DNA of 63,102 nucleotides, counting the filler, from Choristocarpus tenellus KU-1152 (Eukaryota; Protista; Phaeophyceae), in assembly GCA_964200185.2 (NCBI GenBank). It is 9 parts of 9 records of this genome, joined end to end, with 100 filler letters (N's around TTAATTAATTAA, not from the genome) between each part and the next. Parts side by side here need not be neighbours in the genome. Positions count along the whole stretch, not along the records: positions 36,159 to 43,550 come from CAXNAD020006222.1; positions 43,651 to 49,509 come from CAXNAD020009574.1; positions 49,610 to 55,283 come from CAXNAD020010055.1; 6 more parts are not named here. One strand, written 5' to 3'. How positions within the stretch are numbered: position 1 is the stretch's first letter; the number at the start of each line of letters is the position of its first letter. Shown here one piece after another: positions 38,223 through 50,492 of this stretch. Below the pieces are notes generated by a model that saw only the letters and a program-made list of their open reading frames with translations, made no database searches and was not told the origin of the DNA. Both the position numbers and the translations under genes were made by a program.

Positions 38223-41200
38223 TTACCCTGGTGTCAGCTGTCCCATATTGGCATCGCTGAGGCTCACCGATTGATGTCGAACGACCTCGGCTTCATCTGA
38301 AGGGGCGTCTTCTTCCTCTGCTACCGGGCAGTCACCAGTCTCGTCTGGTTCTGGGGGATGCCTTGTCTGAAACCTAGTCGTGGCAAGCAGAACCTTTGCT
38401 TTTTGAGGGTCTTTGGGGGAATGGGCTAGTGACTGAAAGAGTGCAACCACCCTCTCTGTATCCTGAGTATTCAGAGCAATCGCCTTTGCAACTGGCAGCC
38501 CTGCCTGAACAATACTGGGCTTACTGCACGTATTTAACCAGCTTGCAATAGATGGGGGTTCCTGAGTTCCACCATTGTCGTACACCTCTGGCAACTCCGA
38601 CAGCATTCCCTAATTCCAGGTTATACTCTGCTAAGAGGGTTCAATCATCACCAACTGTCTGGATTGTGGTTGTGCCCCCTTAACAAATCCTTTGCAGACT
38701 TTGCTGACAAACCCTTCTACATGTTCTACTTCTGACAGACGCAATTCCCATTGCAAAGTCCCGTCGTCCTCCCACGCTACCTCTACCGGAAGGGGTACTA
38801 CACCTGGACTCTCCAATGATTGATTTAGGGGATCCTTGTCCTGGGTAAGATCTATTGTGGCGATACCTACCTCTGGATCCGTATCTTGGGTGCCTGCTTC
38901 TGGGTCTACATCAAGAAAAGGTTGCATGTTCCTTCTCTGGTGGTGTATGTTCACCAGTTAGAGTACTAATGCATCTTGGGGATCTAGGGAGTGCGTCAGA
39001 GGGCGGTTCTCTACATCCGGCTGATCTGGGATTATTAAGAGGCCGTCTGTGGTACTTGGATGGTCGGGTTGCGGGTGTCATTGATGCTTGCCACTCTCCT
39101 AGGGCTGACAAGGGTGCACTGTTATCACGAGATCGGGGTGTCACACCTCGAACAAAAGGTATCCATGGTGAGTTCGGGGTTGGTCGAAAGCCTTCCCCCT
39201 CTCTAAATGACAGTATGCTCTTGTTCTGACTACAGAATGCTGCTCCCAGAACCATCCTGTAAGGCAAGCCTTCCACTACTCTAAATGTCACATTGCGGAC
39301 TCTATCCTCTGGGGGAAACAATATTGGCAGTATGCAGGACCCTAGTACCTGCATAGGTGGGATACTGCATCCTTTCGGGTTTGCCGCGTGCAACGTTCCT
39401 TTACCGGTTTGGTTAAGGTGTGGTAGGTCGGTGCTACCTCCCCAGAGAGGTAGTATTGCGCCAAAAAGCAGACGAAATGTGGTTCCCACCTCCTGCACCC
39501 GTGTCAAGGAGTATCTGTACAGGCATTCTCGAGCGGACTTTGCGAGGGTGCCACAGCAGTGCAGATAGCCATACTTGACTAGTTCGTTGGACAGTTGACA
39601 TAGTGGATATGTTCGAGGTAGTTGTGGGGGTCATGCTTCCTATGGCTGCAGTGTCTAAGTTCCCTGGAGCTGAAGACTCCAGGGCGCACCCTCAGGGCAA
39701 CTCGGGAACTTCAGAATCGGTCAGACTGCTTGCAAAGAGTGGCGGAAACTCAAAGTCCTGCATCGCGGCAACGTAGTGGGAATCTGTCAAAGCTACCTTC
39801 GTACGCGACTCGTTCGCTGAGGTAGTACTTGGCTTATCTTGGGAAAGATATGCAAAGTAACCCTTAGGTACTACGGAGTCGTCGTGAGTATACCTGCACC
39901 TGCGGCCGATAGACTTGAAGCACTCGTGACCAAAAACATGATGGAAACAAACTCGATGTGCCTTGAGCCACTCGAGAACCTCATCTTGGGAAGTAGATGG
40001 TGAAGGTAAATCCTTACCCGAATGGTGTCGACCTGCATCGCTCACTCTGTCTGTGGTTATTGAGGACGTGGATCGGGATACAGACTGGGTGGCGGGTGTT
40101 GCTGGTTGAACGGGTGCGGATGCAATGCTCTTAGAAACGAACGTGGTCCCATGTTTCCCGGGAGCAGAAGCAGGTTGGTTTGTCAATGCAGCACAGACAA
40201 TGGGCAGGGGGTTTTGGAACAAAACAGGTTGGAGCATCGGTGCGAGGACCACCAGCACACTGTTGACCACCTCTTGGTGTGGTGATGGATTCTGGCTTGG
40301 CACATCCTGCGGCAAGGATGTCCTGCTATGTTGAGGTAATTCCAGTTCCTGTCCGGGGCAGACAAAGGGTCGGACATGCTTGCAAACATAGCACGAGCGT
40401 TAGCCATGCTACCTAAAGCAGTAGGTGTCCTATCTTTGTACGACACAGGTTTTGTAGCATTTTGATTGGTTGGGGCAGATGCATACTGGTCGCTACGATT
40501 GGACAATTCTTCGATCGATAAGATCGTCAAAGATCCGTTCTGCTTTAATTCCCCACTGTACCATTTCATTTCCTAAAGGGTTATTCTGGGAAATTGCGAG
40601 TGGGTGAATTTGGTTCCGAATTTCCTTTCGAAATGAAAATGCCATCGACTGTACTCCAATCTGATCTAGAACATTGTGAAGAAGAATAGGAAGAGCTCGT
40701 TCGCATAGATCAATGAGTTGATCTTCAGCTATATACCCCCTAAAGAAAGTTGTCTCGCAAACATGAGACATCCGCAAATCTACGGTGTATGCTCGATAAT
40801 GTAAGACAAGCCGGTTGGCTGCAGCTTTCCACGATTCCCCTCTCTCGGTCCTTAAAGAACTCTTTGCGTTCTCTACAACATTCTTCGACTGACGATACGA
40901 AAGAGTGCATTCTGTCACAAGGATACGAACCCACTCAGTCGCTGTCATTTCTTCCCAAGGAACCCAAAGGAGGTGTCCGGTGACGCTCGGGACTTCCACT
41001 GTAGATGAGTCGCTTAGGAGATCACTGTGGGTCCTAAGAGAGTCAGACAGTAGTTGCTCAAGAAGCTCGATGCAGAAAGGGGTAAGGGCATCACTACATC
41101 AACGTGACGTATTACGATAGTGGACACGATCTTTGGGTAAGGCCCACGATCCTCCTTGAATCCTCCCTAAAGCCTTGGTAAGAGCGTCAGCGAAAAAAAC

Positions 41201-41820
41201 AGAGTTGTTTGACATGGTTGGGGCGGAGTTATCTGCAGGTACCCCAAGAAAGACGGGGCCGTTGGCAGGGTTTCCGAGTTTCTTATTGATGCGTTCCATG
41301 GTTTTAAAACAATCTTGATGATGATAACGCTTGTCGAGGTTGCGAGAGGCTCGGTCTGGCTGCTGCCTATCGGCTCATGGGACCCAAGTCATGTACGCAA
41401 CTCATTAATTTCTCTTCGCAACTCTGCCTCAACCTCTCTGGACCGACTTACCGTACTCAGGCTATTCCTTCGAGATGGTCTGGGTGATACAGACCTGTGT
41501 GAAGAATAATAATCACTGGTCCGACGGTGACGATGCGGTGAACAGGTGCGGCCTCTGCATTCTTCTCTGGTCCGCCTTCCATGTCGATGAGAGCGCCTGT
41601 CGCAGGATCGCGACGTGGAGCGGGATCTGCCACGAGTGGAAGACCGAAAACGAACGTGCTCTCTGCGCCTGCCTCGACGTTCAGCAGCCTGGACACGGCT
41701 GCGACCAGAATTGCCCTGAGTTGTGGTACTGGGCCGGAGTCTCTCGGAATCATCGATTCCTTGGAGGGTCTGTAGGTCGGAGGCGACCTCAACTTCTCGC
41801 GAATACTGTGAGCCAGACAT
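38223..41820 (-). mobile_element. Decayed gag-protease of an LTR retrotransposon (Gypsy-like); RT absent
   Basis: ATG at 41820; R/S-rich N-terminus; CCCH finger; ILLDTGA (about 39505) plus GLPYRMVLG flap/ILG motif; downstream of LTR and PBS. Confidence 0.82.
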
Positions 41821-41970
41821 GTCTGTGAACCTGGGTAATAAAGGGCAAGATGGCAACCAAAAGAGAACAGAAAAGGTACTAGTAAAGGAACACAGAACAA
41901 TTGACTACCTAGGCAACGTCTTGACCATGGTGGTCAAAGACCACTCATTTTATGACTATAGGCGAGCGAT

Positions 41971-42228
41971 GAGCCAAAGTATCTTAGAGGGTAGAGTCGC
42001 GTCCATTTGGGGGCTAAAATCGAATGTTACGATTTTGATGTCATTGTGGCTATTGAGTTGTTAGGAAGTGTCAATATCCTTGTTCCGGACACACTTTTTC
42101 ATAACATATACATTTTACCTACTCCGAAACATTTTGGAGTAGGAAAATGTCATGAAAAAACCCATGGGAAGCCAAGCCCCAAATAGACAAACAGGGCAAT
42201 ACCCGTACCCTCTAAGATAATTTCACTC
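41971..42228 (-). mobile_element. MITE family A in the 5' UTR of the LTR element; TSD CGAT/TGAT
   Basis: Both TIRs present; 4-bp TSD with one C/T difference at CpG. Confidence 0.93.
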
Positions 42229-42463
42229 TGATGTGACAATCAGAGGCCATTCGTTTTACGGCTATAGAAGGGCGATTCCCTCACAGCCACAGAAGCCCTC
42301 ACACCCATGAAGATGACGAGCCCAAGAAGGGAATCCCGTAGATGACGAATGAAGACCACAAGCCCAAGTGGGAAAAGTAAAGAATCCAAGCGGGCGTAGG
42401 AAGCTACAAGAACTCCTAAGTGTTGAGGTGAACTATGAGCATTCCCTCCAGTTTGAAGACAGG

Positions 42464-42477
42464 CGGTAGGACCTCCA
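42464..42477 (-). other. Primer-binding site TGGAGGTCCTACCG (tRNA-Gln-like)
   Basis: Directly abuts the LTR end and starts with TGG; its complement CGGTAGGACCTCCA resembles eukaryotic tRNA-Gln 3' ends (..CGGTGGGACCTCCA). Confidence 0.75.
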
Positions 42478-43057
42478 TGTTACAGGCGCCCCTCAAAACT
42501 CACCTCCACAGGATGTACAACTCAAATCCAACGACCTTAAAACGACGCTATGGGGCGTTGCCTTTTGCAACAGTTTGTAGGGTGACAGATAGCCTTCTCT
42601 TGATACTCAACTCAGTGCTTAGCTCAAAGCTTGACTGAATGCTTTGTTCAAAGGTTAAGACTGGCATAAGAGGGGCCCTCTTATTATTTTCAGCATCCAC
42701 CCAATTTCTTTGGTCTTCTGTCAACTGCTCTATGGGTACTCCAATCATAAACCTTTATTCTTCAACTTCTTAGTGAATTTGACATTTTCTTCTGTAATGT
42801 TACGTAGGTATTCCGAATCTTACTCTGCATCTTCTACGAAATCATAATTTATACTGTAAGGCTACCTATGTGTTACTAATATCGTATATAGTTCGTACTT
42901 AGTCAGAACTCGAGAAACAATCCTCACACTATATGTCTGTCACAAATGACCGTATTTCCTAAAACATAAAGAGAAAATGCTCGCGCTATTCGCTTGTAAC
43001 AAATGCTTGCACTTCATTAGAACACAAGAGAAACGCTTGCGCTATTCGCCTGTAACA
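42478..43057 (-). mobile_element. 5' LTR (580 bp)
   Basis: Perfect 11-bp terminal inverted repeat tgttacaggcg...cgcctgtaaca; PBS adjacent; two other copies in the window. Confidence 0.9.
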
Positions 43058-43339
43058 GACTCACCTTGACAAAAGAAAAATTCATAGTCACTACAGTGTT
43101 TGCGCAAAATGAAATTCACTACAGTGGGTTACCCGATTTTGTTCACCCATGGGTAAGTCCGAAAAAAACGGAACAAAATTGATGTGGTACAAAATCTCAT
43201 ATGTACCTCTTGGTACAAAACCGGGCATCCGAATATGTGCCAAATGGTACAATATTGGGAGAATTTTTAAAGCAGGATTGCACACGTCTGTCGACTACAA
43301 CTAGTAATCGCGGTAATCGCAATCGTTGATCTAATCTTG

Positions 43340-43510
43340 GAGAGTTTCAAGAATTAGTTGTAGAATCGACTAATAATCGTGGCATTCCTGGGAAATTAAT
43401 CATAGAATTGATCAATAATCGTGGTGAGCTTGGAAATCAATCGTGGAATCGACTAAATAATCGTGGTGAGTTGAGAAATTAATCGTGGAATCAACTAATT
43501 AATCGTGGCA
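43340..43510 (+). repeat. ~42-bp imperfect tandem repeat, about four copies
   Basis: gaatcgactaataatcgtgg...gaaattaatcgtg unit. Confidence 0.85.
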
Positions 43511-43550
43511 GTCTCAAAGTATCTGGGAGGGGGTAGCGGCTGTCCATTTG
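43511..43550 (+). mobile_element. MITE family B start, truncated by gap
   Basis: gtctcaaagtatctgggagggggtagcggctgtccatttg. Confidence 0.8.
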
Positions 43551-43707
43551 NNNNNNNNNNNNNNNNNNNNNNNNNNNNNNNNNNNNNNNNNNNNTTAATT
43601 AATTAANNNNNNNNNNNNNNNNNNNNNNNNNNNNNNNNNNNNNNNNNNNNGCACTTCGCTTTGCGGGGTGCTCGGTGTGCCACGTCTCCCTCTTCCTTTC
43701 TGCTCCT

Positions 43708-43738
<31 letters not shown>

Positions 43739-45316
43739 ACACACGCACACAATACATATTTTAATCGTTCAAATTAATTTGCTTTTTACTCTTTCAAAGG
43801 GCAACGCAAGACACATACGAGGTAGAGGACAAGGGGTTAGGGTTAGGGGAGGGGGCACCAGGACAGGATGAAGATAGACTCATCCCGAAGCTGTATCCCC
43901 AACACCATCTAATCCCACAGTAACAGCATCATACTTGCAGTAGCTTCTTCAGACACACTACCTCTTACGACCAATGCGTTGATGGAGAGAAAGAGGCAGA
44001 GGGGAGGGGGGGGGGGGGGGGGGGGGAGCCACCCCCATCCTTTTTGTGGCCAAACAAAAAAAAAAAAAAAAAAAACAATACACCTCNNNNNNNNNNGGGG
44101 ATGGGCGGCGGTCCGGGGGGGGGCATTGGGAGGGCGCGGGGGGGGGTGGGGGGGTGGGGGGGGGGGGGTGGGGGGCAACTACTACCTGCATTGGGTTTCG
44201 GACCAACATTAAAAAAAAATGAATTGTAACCACTTTCTCCAAGAGAGAGTTGCTTTTCCCACCGAACAACTGAACATGGTTGTTACCAATGCACACACGA
44301 CGAGAGACGCTCAAAACTATTCTGAAGCAAAAACTATTCCCCTTTTTACACGATCGAACCCCGAGGCTCGTTCTGTGCGACATCTGTGCTCTTTCGGAGA
44401 GGAAATTTCCTGGACCGGGGAACCCCCCCGAGCAACAAACGTCCTGCTTTGAGCAGCAAAACTCTTGAATTGGTAAATATTTACTTACCGAGGTATTTGG
44501 TACCTGCAAATCGTCATTTAAAAAAAAATACTTCCAGAAATTGCAGAGACTCGGTCGGGAGTGGTAAAAAAAATCGATAAAATAAAATAAAATATAAATC
44601 AACAAAACAATAAGAATTTAAAGATCGTGTGCGTTACATGATATCGAAGAATTAAAAAGAAATGGTCCATAATTTTTTTATTTTTTTAATGTAAACAAAA
44701 CTACCACCCCATAACTCACTCGCAGCAGTGACACTAAATAACCACCGCCAGCAGGCGTTTTGACCATCCCTCTCAGATACAGGAGGCGGTCAGTGCAGTC
44801 CATAGTACCCTCTGAGTTTGCAGTCCATACATCTTAACCTACACCCTGAGAAAAAAAATGCGCTCACACAACACAAATACTTTCATTTTCTAATGGTACA
44901 CTCCAAAAGCGAAGGAGCACAAGTCACCCCTGTCTCAAATTCACCCCTGTAAGTCCCAAGGCTGTCGCAGAGCATCAAAACTACTCTACCTCGAAACCCA
45001 ATGTGACTAACCAAGTTCCACATCGGATGACACGTTTGTCTGTTACCATTCTTGGCCTCAAATTCTTCGCCTCCCTGAAGGCAATTCTCATCTCTACCTG
45101 ACTGACAGATATTCCAAAGTCCGCAAAATCAATTCATCACTCGCGCTCAATCTCTCTTCTTCCACACAAATGGAGCGTCCATAGGATTTTCCTATCTAGT
45201 CATCCTCTGAACAACTTAAGAGTGTAATCCAAGTACGTCAACTTAAATCCTCTTCCAAAACTTTCTAGCGACATCCTATCCATACAACAACTTCTAGAAA
45301 TTGTACCGTTCCTTAC

Positions 45317-45468
45317 CAGGACCATGTCGGGCACTTGAAAACAAGCTGTTCCCCTGCTGCCACGAACTCCTCTGGGGTTAATACTCCTTTGGAAAGAAAG
45401 GCAGAGTTCTTTCGGAGAGGGGTCACCCTCTCACGGACATTCTTCAGCTTGGACATCACGAACGCCAT
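45317..45468 (-). CDS. ATG3: Autophagy E2-like conjugating enzyme ATG3, first coding exon
   Basis: [39 protein letters not shown] is the ATG3 N-terminal signature; donor tg|gtaagg; alternative upstream ATGs at 45513 and 45519. Confidence 0.93.
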
Positions 45469-47042
45469 GACTGCCTGCTTGTGCACTCTCCTACCTTGTT
45501 TTAACAAGGCCATGGACATGAAAAGGTAGGGGATCGATAGAATACAAGTGAGCGGATGAATCAAGGTTCAGGAGGGATCTCGCTTCAATAGGAAATGTCA
45601 GCGTGGTCGTGCTTGCAACCATCACCTTCATAATATGAGGATGGGAAGGCGAGGTTTCGCGTGTGATTTCCATCAGGTAGTGGATCAGAGGGATATTTGC
45701 AGGGTGTGCGACGAGGGTTACGGGTGGCGTGACCAGTGGAACCTAAACAAGGTAAGAGATGAAGATTTGGTCATCGACACTATGGAATAAAAAAGGAACC
45801 CATTGCAAACGAAGATGACATATGTGCACAGTAGGCCCTTGCAAAACATTCCTTTGCTCCTTTATTGTCATCTTCACCGTCTACTTGTCGGGATTGCCTC
45901 CCATCAGCTTTCCAAGAATGATACAAAAAAACCTCTCACACTTGCATTAAACAGCAACATCGGTTATGGTGTATTAATACTCCACCTTGACTACTATTCT
46001 GAGCTCGAGCGTTGACGTTCCACACGTGATACCAGGATTTTCCTTCTGCCTCCTTATTTCCACCCCCTGGTCCGGCAGCAGGGAGATGAGCTTAGTTGGG
46101 GAACAGTTTAGGTAAAAGAAGGTGCAACTCTTAAATTGCCCTCAGTTGAATTAGAATTTTCTCCCACTGGCTCAACTTCCCAACAGGTGGGTGATTCACG
46201 ACGCTTCCCACTGTCAGCTTACACACGCCAAAGACGAAGTATTTACACTACTTCAGAACCGTCACCATCCCAGTGCATTCTATGCTTACACCCTGAATGT
46301 TAACTCTCCTTCTTGTTTAAGTGAAACCCTAACACTAAGGAACTCGCTCCCTGACCACGTTCACTGCCTCTTTCAAGAATGATGTCATAATGCCATTTGT
46401 CTGAAGTTTTGTATTATCGTGTACAACTATCTACTTCCTGTTACACAGAGTGTGCGCGTGGCTTGGTGACAAACTAAGCATGCTACTGAGGTGCTTGCAA
46501 TTTGGCAAGGCCGCTGGGGAATCTTTCGTGGGACAATCTAAGACGGGACCGCAGGGGTTGCGAAGGAGGCTGGCCGCTGTTGCCAGGTGAAATGATGGTT
46601 TCATAAACGCATGATCTATCTGAGCTGGCTTCGTAGGCCTCGTCTCTCTTCCATGATGATGCTCCCACCTCTTGCATCTTCGCCTCCGCACCATATCCAT
46701 TCTTGTCGCTCCTGCCGTCCGAGTGTTGGACTCTCCCATCTCAGTACGTGTTGAACCCTCGCTGACTTGTGGTTTGTGATTTTGGACCCGAAAGGTTTTC
46801 GGGTTGAAACCTCGAACGTTGCTTCTCCAGAGGTCGTGCAACCTCACAGAGACAATGAATCTGTCGTTCGGTATGCGTAGTTCTCCCTCACCAAGTTTAC
46901 CGTGGGGGTCCTTACATTTTTATACACGATTGATATCACTGGTAGCTTCTGCTCACTGTAGCCATTGACTGCAGTTTCGCCTACTAGATTCAAACCAAGT
47001 CCGCAGTGCTTTCCACAGGCTAGCACCCATCACTTCTTATAG

Positions 47043-47360
47043 TCTTGACTTTGAACACTGATAGGGAGTGCTGCTCCAGGACTGGCACACCAAGTTCCAG
47101 TGACGAGGCCGGGAATGATGTAGCTCAACCATTGCCGAATGGCCAAACCGGACAAGGTGGGGATAGAGATGGGGCAGGGACAGTTCGCGTGGGTGGGAGC
47201 AATGAACGAGGACAACGATGGGAGGCGGGAGTTGGGCGGGGGATGGAGATATTCGATCTGCCACCGGATTGGGGGCAGACCGTGGCAAGTTTGCGTCTCC
47301 GAACGCACTTCGAGCCTGCAGAGCTTGCGGACCTCTTTCAAACATTCCGAGAGTTAGCAG
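47043..47360 (+). CDS. Exon of a probable EF-hand (NCS/CBL-like) domain protein
   Basis: cttcttatag acceptor; open frame ending LRLRTHFEPAELADLFQTFRELA (L...T.F...EL..L...F); donor cag|gtgtgt. Confidence 0.5.
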
Positions 47361-49399
47361 GTGTGTTGATACTTCCTCGTTGTTATTATAATTTGAGCTT
47401 GGGGAACGACTATGCTGCTGATGCTCAGCAACTTGGGAATGCTTTAGGGTAGAAGGTGCTCAAGAAACATAGACTCTCGTGAAGTGCTGGCGCGTCCCCT
47501 AAACTTCTCCCACGTTCCTTCCTTTCGCTGCTCTACCCCCCTCCTGTCGTGTACAAGCCCCTCTGTTTCCTCCCACAGTAGTTCGTCATTGAACCTGTTG
47601 AGCTGTTGCCTGATCTCTGGTTGAACTCGTACAATGTTTGGAGTCCTTGTAGCAGGGTACACAATATTACAAGGAGGCAAAGTCTGCCCAACGTCGAAGG
47701 CTCCTTGCAGGCTCAGAACCAGTTCCAAGTGCACTCCAATAGAGCTGATAATAACCTGAAATATCATGTATCGTATCCAGGACAATCTGATAAGTAGTTG
47801 TGATGAATTGCAAGGGCTTGTACCTTTGTTCGTAGGTTACGATGGTGCATCAAATAACTGTAGAGAGTTGCTTCCAAGTTTCCCACAGATGCAGCCTGTG
47901 GAAAGTATCTGAACCATTGCATTTTTTGTTAGTGTTCATTTCTCAACCAGCAAGGAGGCATGATGTCCGTCCAGTTGAGATATTTCATTGTTTTCCTTTT
48001 TTTCCTCTCAGTTGGCTCCCACTTGACGGATGTGATTGCCCTAACCCTTGTACCTTGATGAAGATAGTGTCAATACTCTATTTTTTTCCGAATAGTTTAC
48101 TGCTCACATAAGTGTGCTTTGCCAGTGTTCACTACATAGTTTGTCCAGCAAAAGTGTCAGAGACTCTTGCAGTCAGGGTCTTTCATGAAATGCCCCTAGA
48201 AACCCTTCAACCCCTTTTGTACCTTGAAAAATCCCCTTGCACAGTTATTGGAACTCTGCTAATATCACCAAGAGTCAAACTGTATGTAAGGGAAGCTGGA
48301 CTCCATTGTGATTCACTGCAGTGGTTCAAGTAGGATTCTCCTCAGCGCAACGCAATGATGTTACAGATTTTCATCAACACTACAAGTAGTCCCATATATA
48401 TATATATACACCATCAATGATTTCTTGTGTGTCGTTAGTCATATCGTACGTTTGAATCAACTGTACTTCCGTGGCACTCTTTGTCGTATGAAGTCTCTTA
48501 AGGCTCCCTGAACCGTTATTTCGAAATTTATTAACGGAGTGTTTGTATTAGGGTTTGTATTAGGGTTAGGGTTAGTGTTTGTATTATACTATAGCGCTGT
48601 ACGTTCAGAGAGCACCTTTCCTTTTGTCGAGATCTTCCGCTTGGCCAACAGTTTTTGCCGGCTGAACGAGGGCCCTTTTCTAATCATCAACATCGACCGC
48701 CACGCCACGCCTCTTACCCCGCCAGAGACGGAACTTAATCTTCGATGCTCTCAAACACCACTTTTTTTTTCTTTTTCTTTTTCTTTTTCTTTTGGGGGGG
48801 GGGAGGGGGGGGGGGAGGGATCTTTTGTGTTCTATATGACTCCACAAATTTGATTTTTTAAACGCGTCTACTGGTATTAAGAGTTTGCACACCTTCAGAA
48901 AACATAGCGGCGGTCTCACGGCACAATCTTAGTTCCATTCAGTGCTACACGCCCAGAGTATTGTCTGGCTACGGCAGCTGATGGAAGGATTGAATGACTA
49001 CGATTTGATGGATCGAACAAACGAGCCTTGTGTATAGCGAATTGGCCCAGGCGTTTGCTGAGAAACGAGATCTTCTAGCGCAAGGAGGCCCCAAGCGTTG
49101 CCCAAAAGCGTGGTTGTTGTGGAGAAAATACGCCCGAGCGTTCGACCTACATGAACAGCAGCAGAGGATGTTTCGAGCGTGTACAGCGCGTGTACGTTTT
49201 TTTTTTTGTATGTATGTATTGTTCTTTTATATATATATTGTTCTTTTTGGTGCCGAATGATTCTGTCTACGCCTCTCTCTCTCTCTCTCTCTCTCTAGAT
49301 TTTAAAATGTATCGAACAAACTGATGTGTGAAAAAAAAAATGGTTTTGCGCGAGTGGGCTGCTGCTTCTCAGAATAGTAATCCCAGCGCATTTCCTCGA

Positions 49400-49509
49400 G
49401 GATCAAAGTATCTTGGGAGGGGGGGGGCGGGGGGGGTTGTAAGGGGGCGTCCGTTTCGGTCAAACAACTCTTTTTTTTTGCTGACATTTCAAATCCGACA
49501 CGTGCGACC
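49400..49509 (+). mobile_element. MITE family B start, truncated by gap
   Basis: ggatcaaagtatcttgggaggggggggcggggggg. Confidence 0.7.
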
Positions 49510-49609
49510 NNNNNNNNNNNNNNNNNNNNNNNNNNNNNNNNNNNNNNNNNNNNTTAATTAATTAANNNNNNNNNNNNNNNNNNNNNNNNNNNNNNNNNNN
49601 NNNNNNNNN

Positions 49610-49893
49610 GATACATATAACAGACGATTTCAAAAATTGAGGATGGAGCTTTTCATTGAGGATGGACTTGACCCAAAATTGACTGGGATAAAGTGTCGAT
49701 ATGTAATTACTCATTTTGAAATCGGCTGTTATATCCCTGATTCTACCGAAAAGTCTCAAAAATTGAAGAAATCAACACTCTCAAGTCAAATTAGGACTTC
49801 ATCCATAAAAGGCATAGGTGAATTAAAAAAAAAAAAAAACTGGCTATAAATGCAAAACGCCCCAAACCAAGGTACGTATCGTTTACTTTGAGT
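49610..49893 (+). mobile_element. MITE family C 3' part
   Basis: Ends ggtacgtatcgtttactttgag; interior similar to 3250-3350. Confidence 0.75.
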
Positions 49894-50199
49894 TTAAAAT
49901 TGATGGTATACATATATTATTTTGCCCTCTAATATTTTCCACATGTGTCAGGGGAAAATCAATTCAATATCATAAGATATCCTGTAAAAGTAACAATTGT
50001 CGAAAATGTGAAAGATATTTTTCTATGATCTATTTACTATTTGAGTACCACCTATATATCATCATTCGCACAAATTAATTGTTAACTGAACATGAATGGA
50101 AAAATATTCGTATAGGAACCCTTGTGATATTGGTTTGACTTTTTCCCTGACACACCTTCGAAGTGTCAGAGGACATAATAATATTATATGCAAGTAGCA

Positions 50200-50492
50200 C
50201 TATCTCGACATGTCATACGTTTTAAACTGGAGATACCAGGGAGATGGGCAAGGAGGGGCTTGTTAGATTCTTGGGATGTTTCCCTAGCTCCTCACCCTAG
50301 GGTGCAGGACTAAGCTAGGTTGGCGGCACAGGAAGGCAGTGGTACAGCATAGCTGGCAGTAAAATCGTAAATAGATTAATGCATTTCACATTTTACTACA
50401 ACAGTTAGTTTCTTAGGGATTTTTCTGACATGTGCATAGTTTTCTTCGGTTTTTCCTTTGACACATCTCCAAAATGTCAGAGGGCATAATAA
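50200..50492 (+). repeat. Dispersed repeat family F, longest copy (partial copies at 49915-50060 and 50130-50185)
   Basis: Homology to 29250-29512 and 34952-35172; subterminal hairpin tgaca...tgtca. Confidence 0.85.

Noticed and set aside
42548-42748. Protein-like ORF inside the LTR
   Set aside because: Not preserved in the 30965 copy, which has indels
30965-43057. Two same-orientation LTRs as one 12-kb full-length element
   Set aside because: Clearly diverged, separated by a gap and unrelated sequence, no PPT next to 31541 and no shared outer TSD
43668-44229. Pro/Gly-rich ORFs
   Set aside because: Products of poly-C/poly-G runs in low-quality sequence beside Ns
47444-48333. Possible decayed transposase on the minus strand
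   Set aside because: No motif set I could assign with confidence
48957-49037. IVWLRQLMEGL resembling Copia RNase H
   Set aside because: Single short motif with no flanking support
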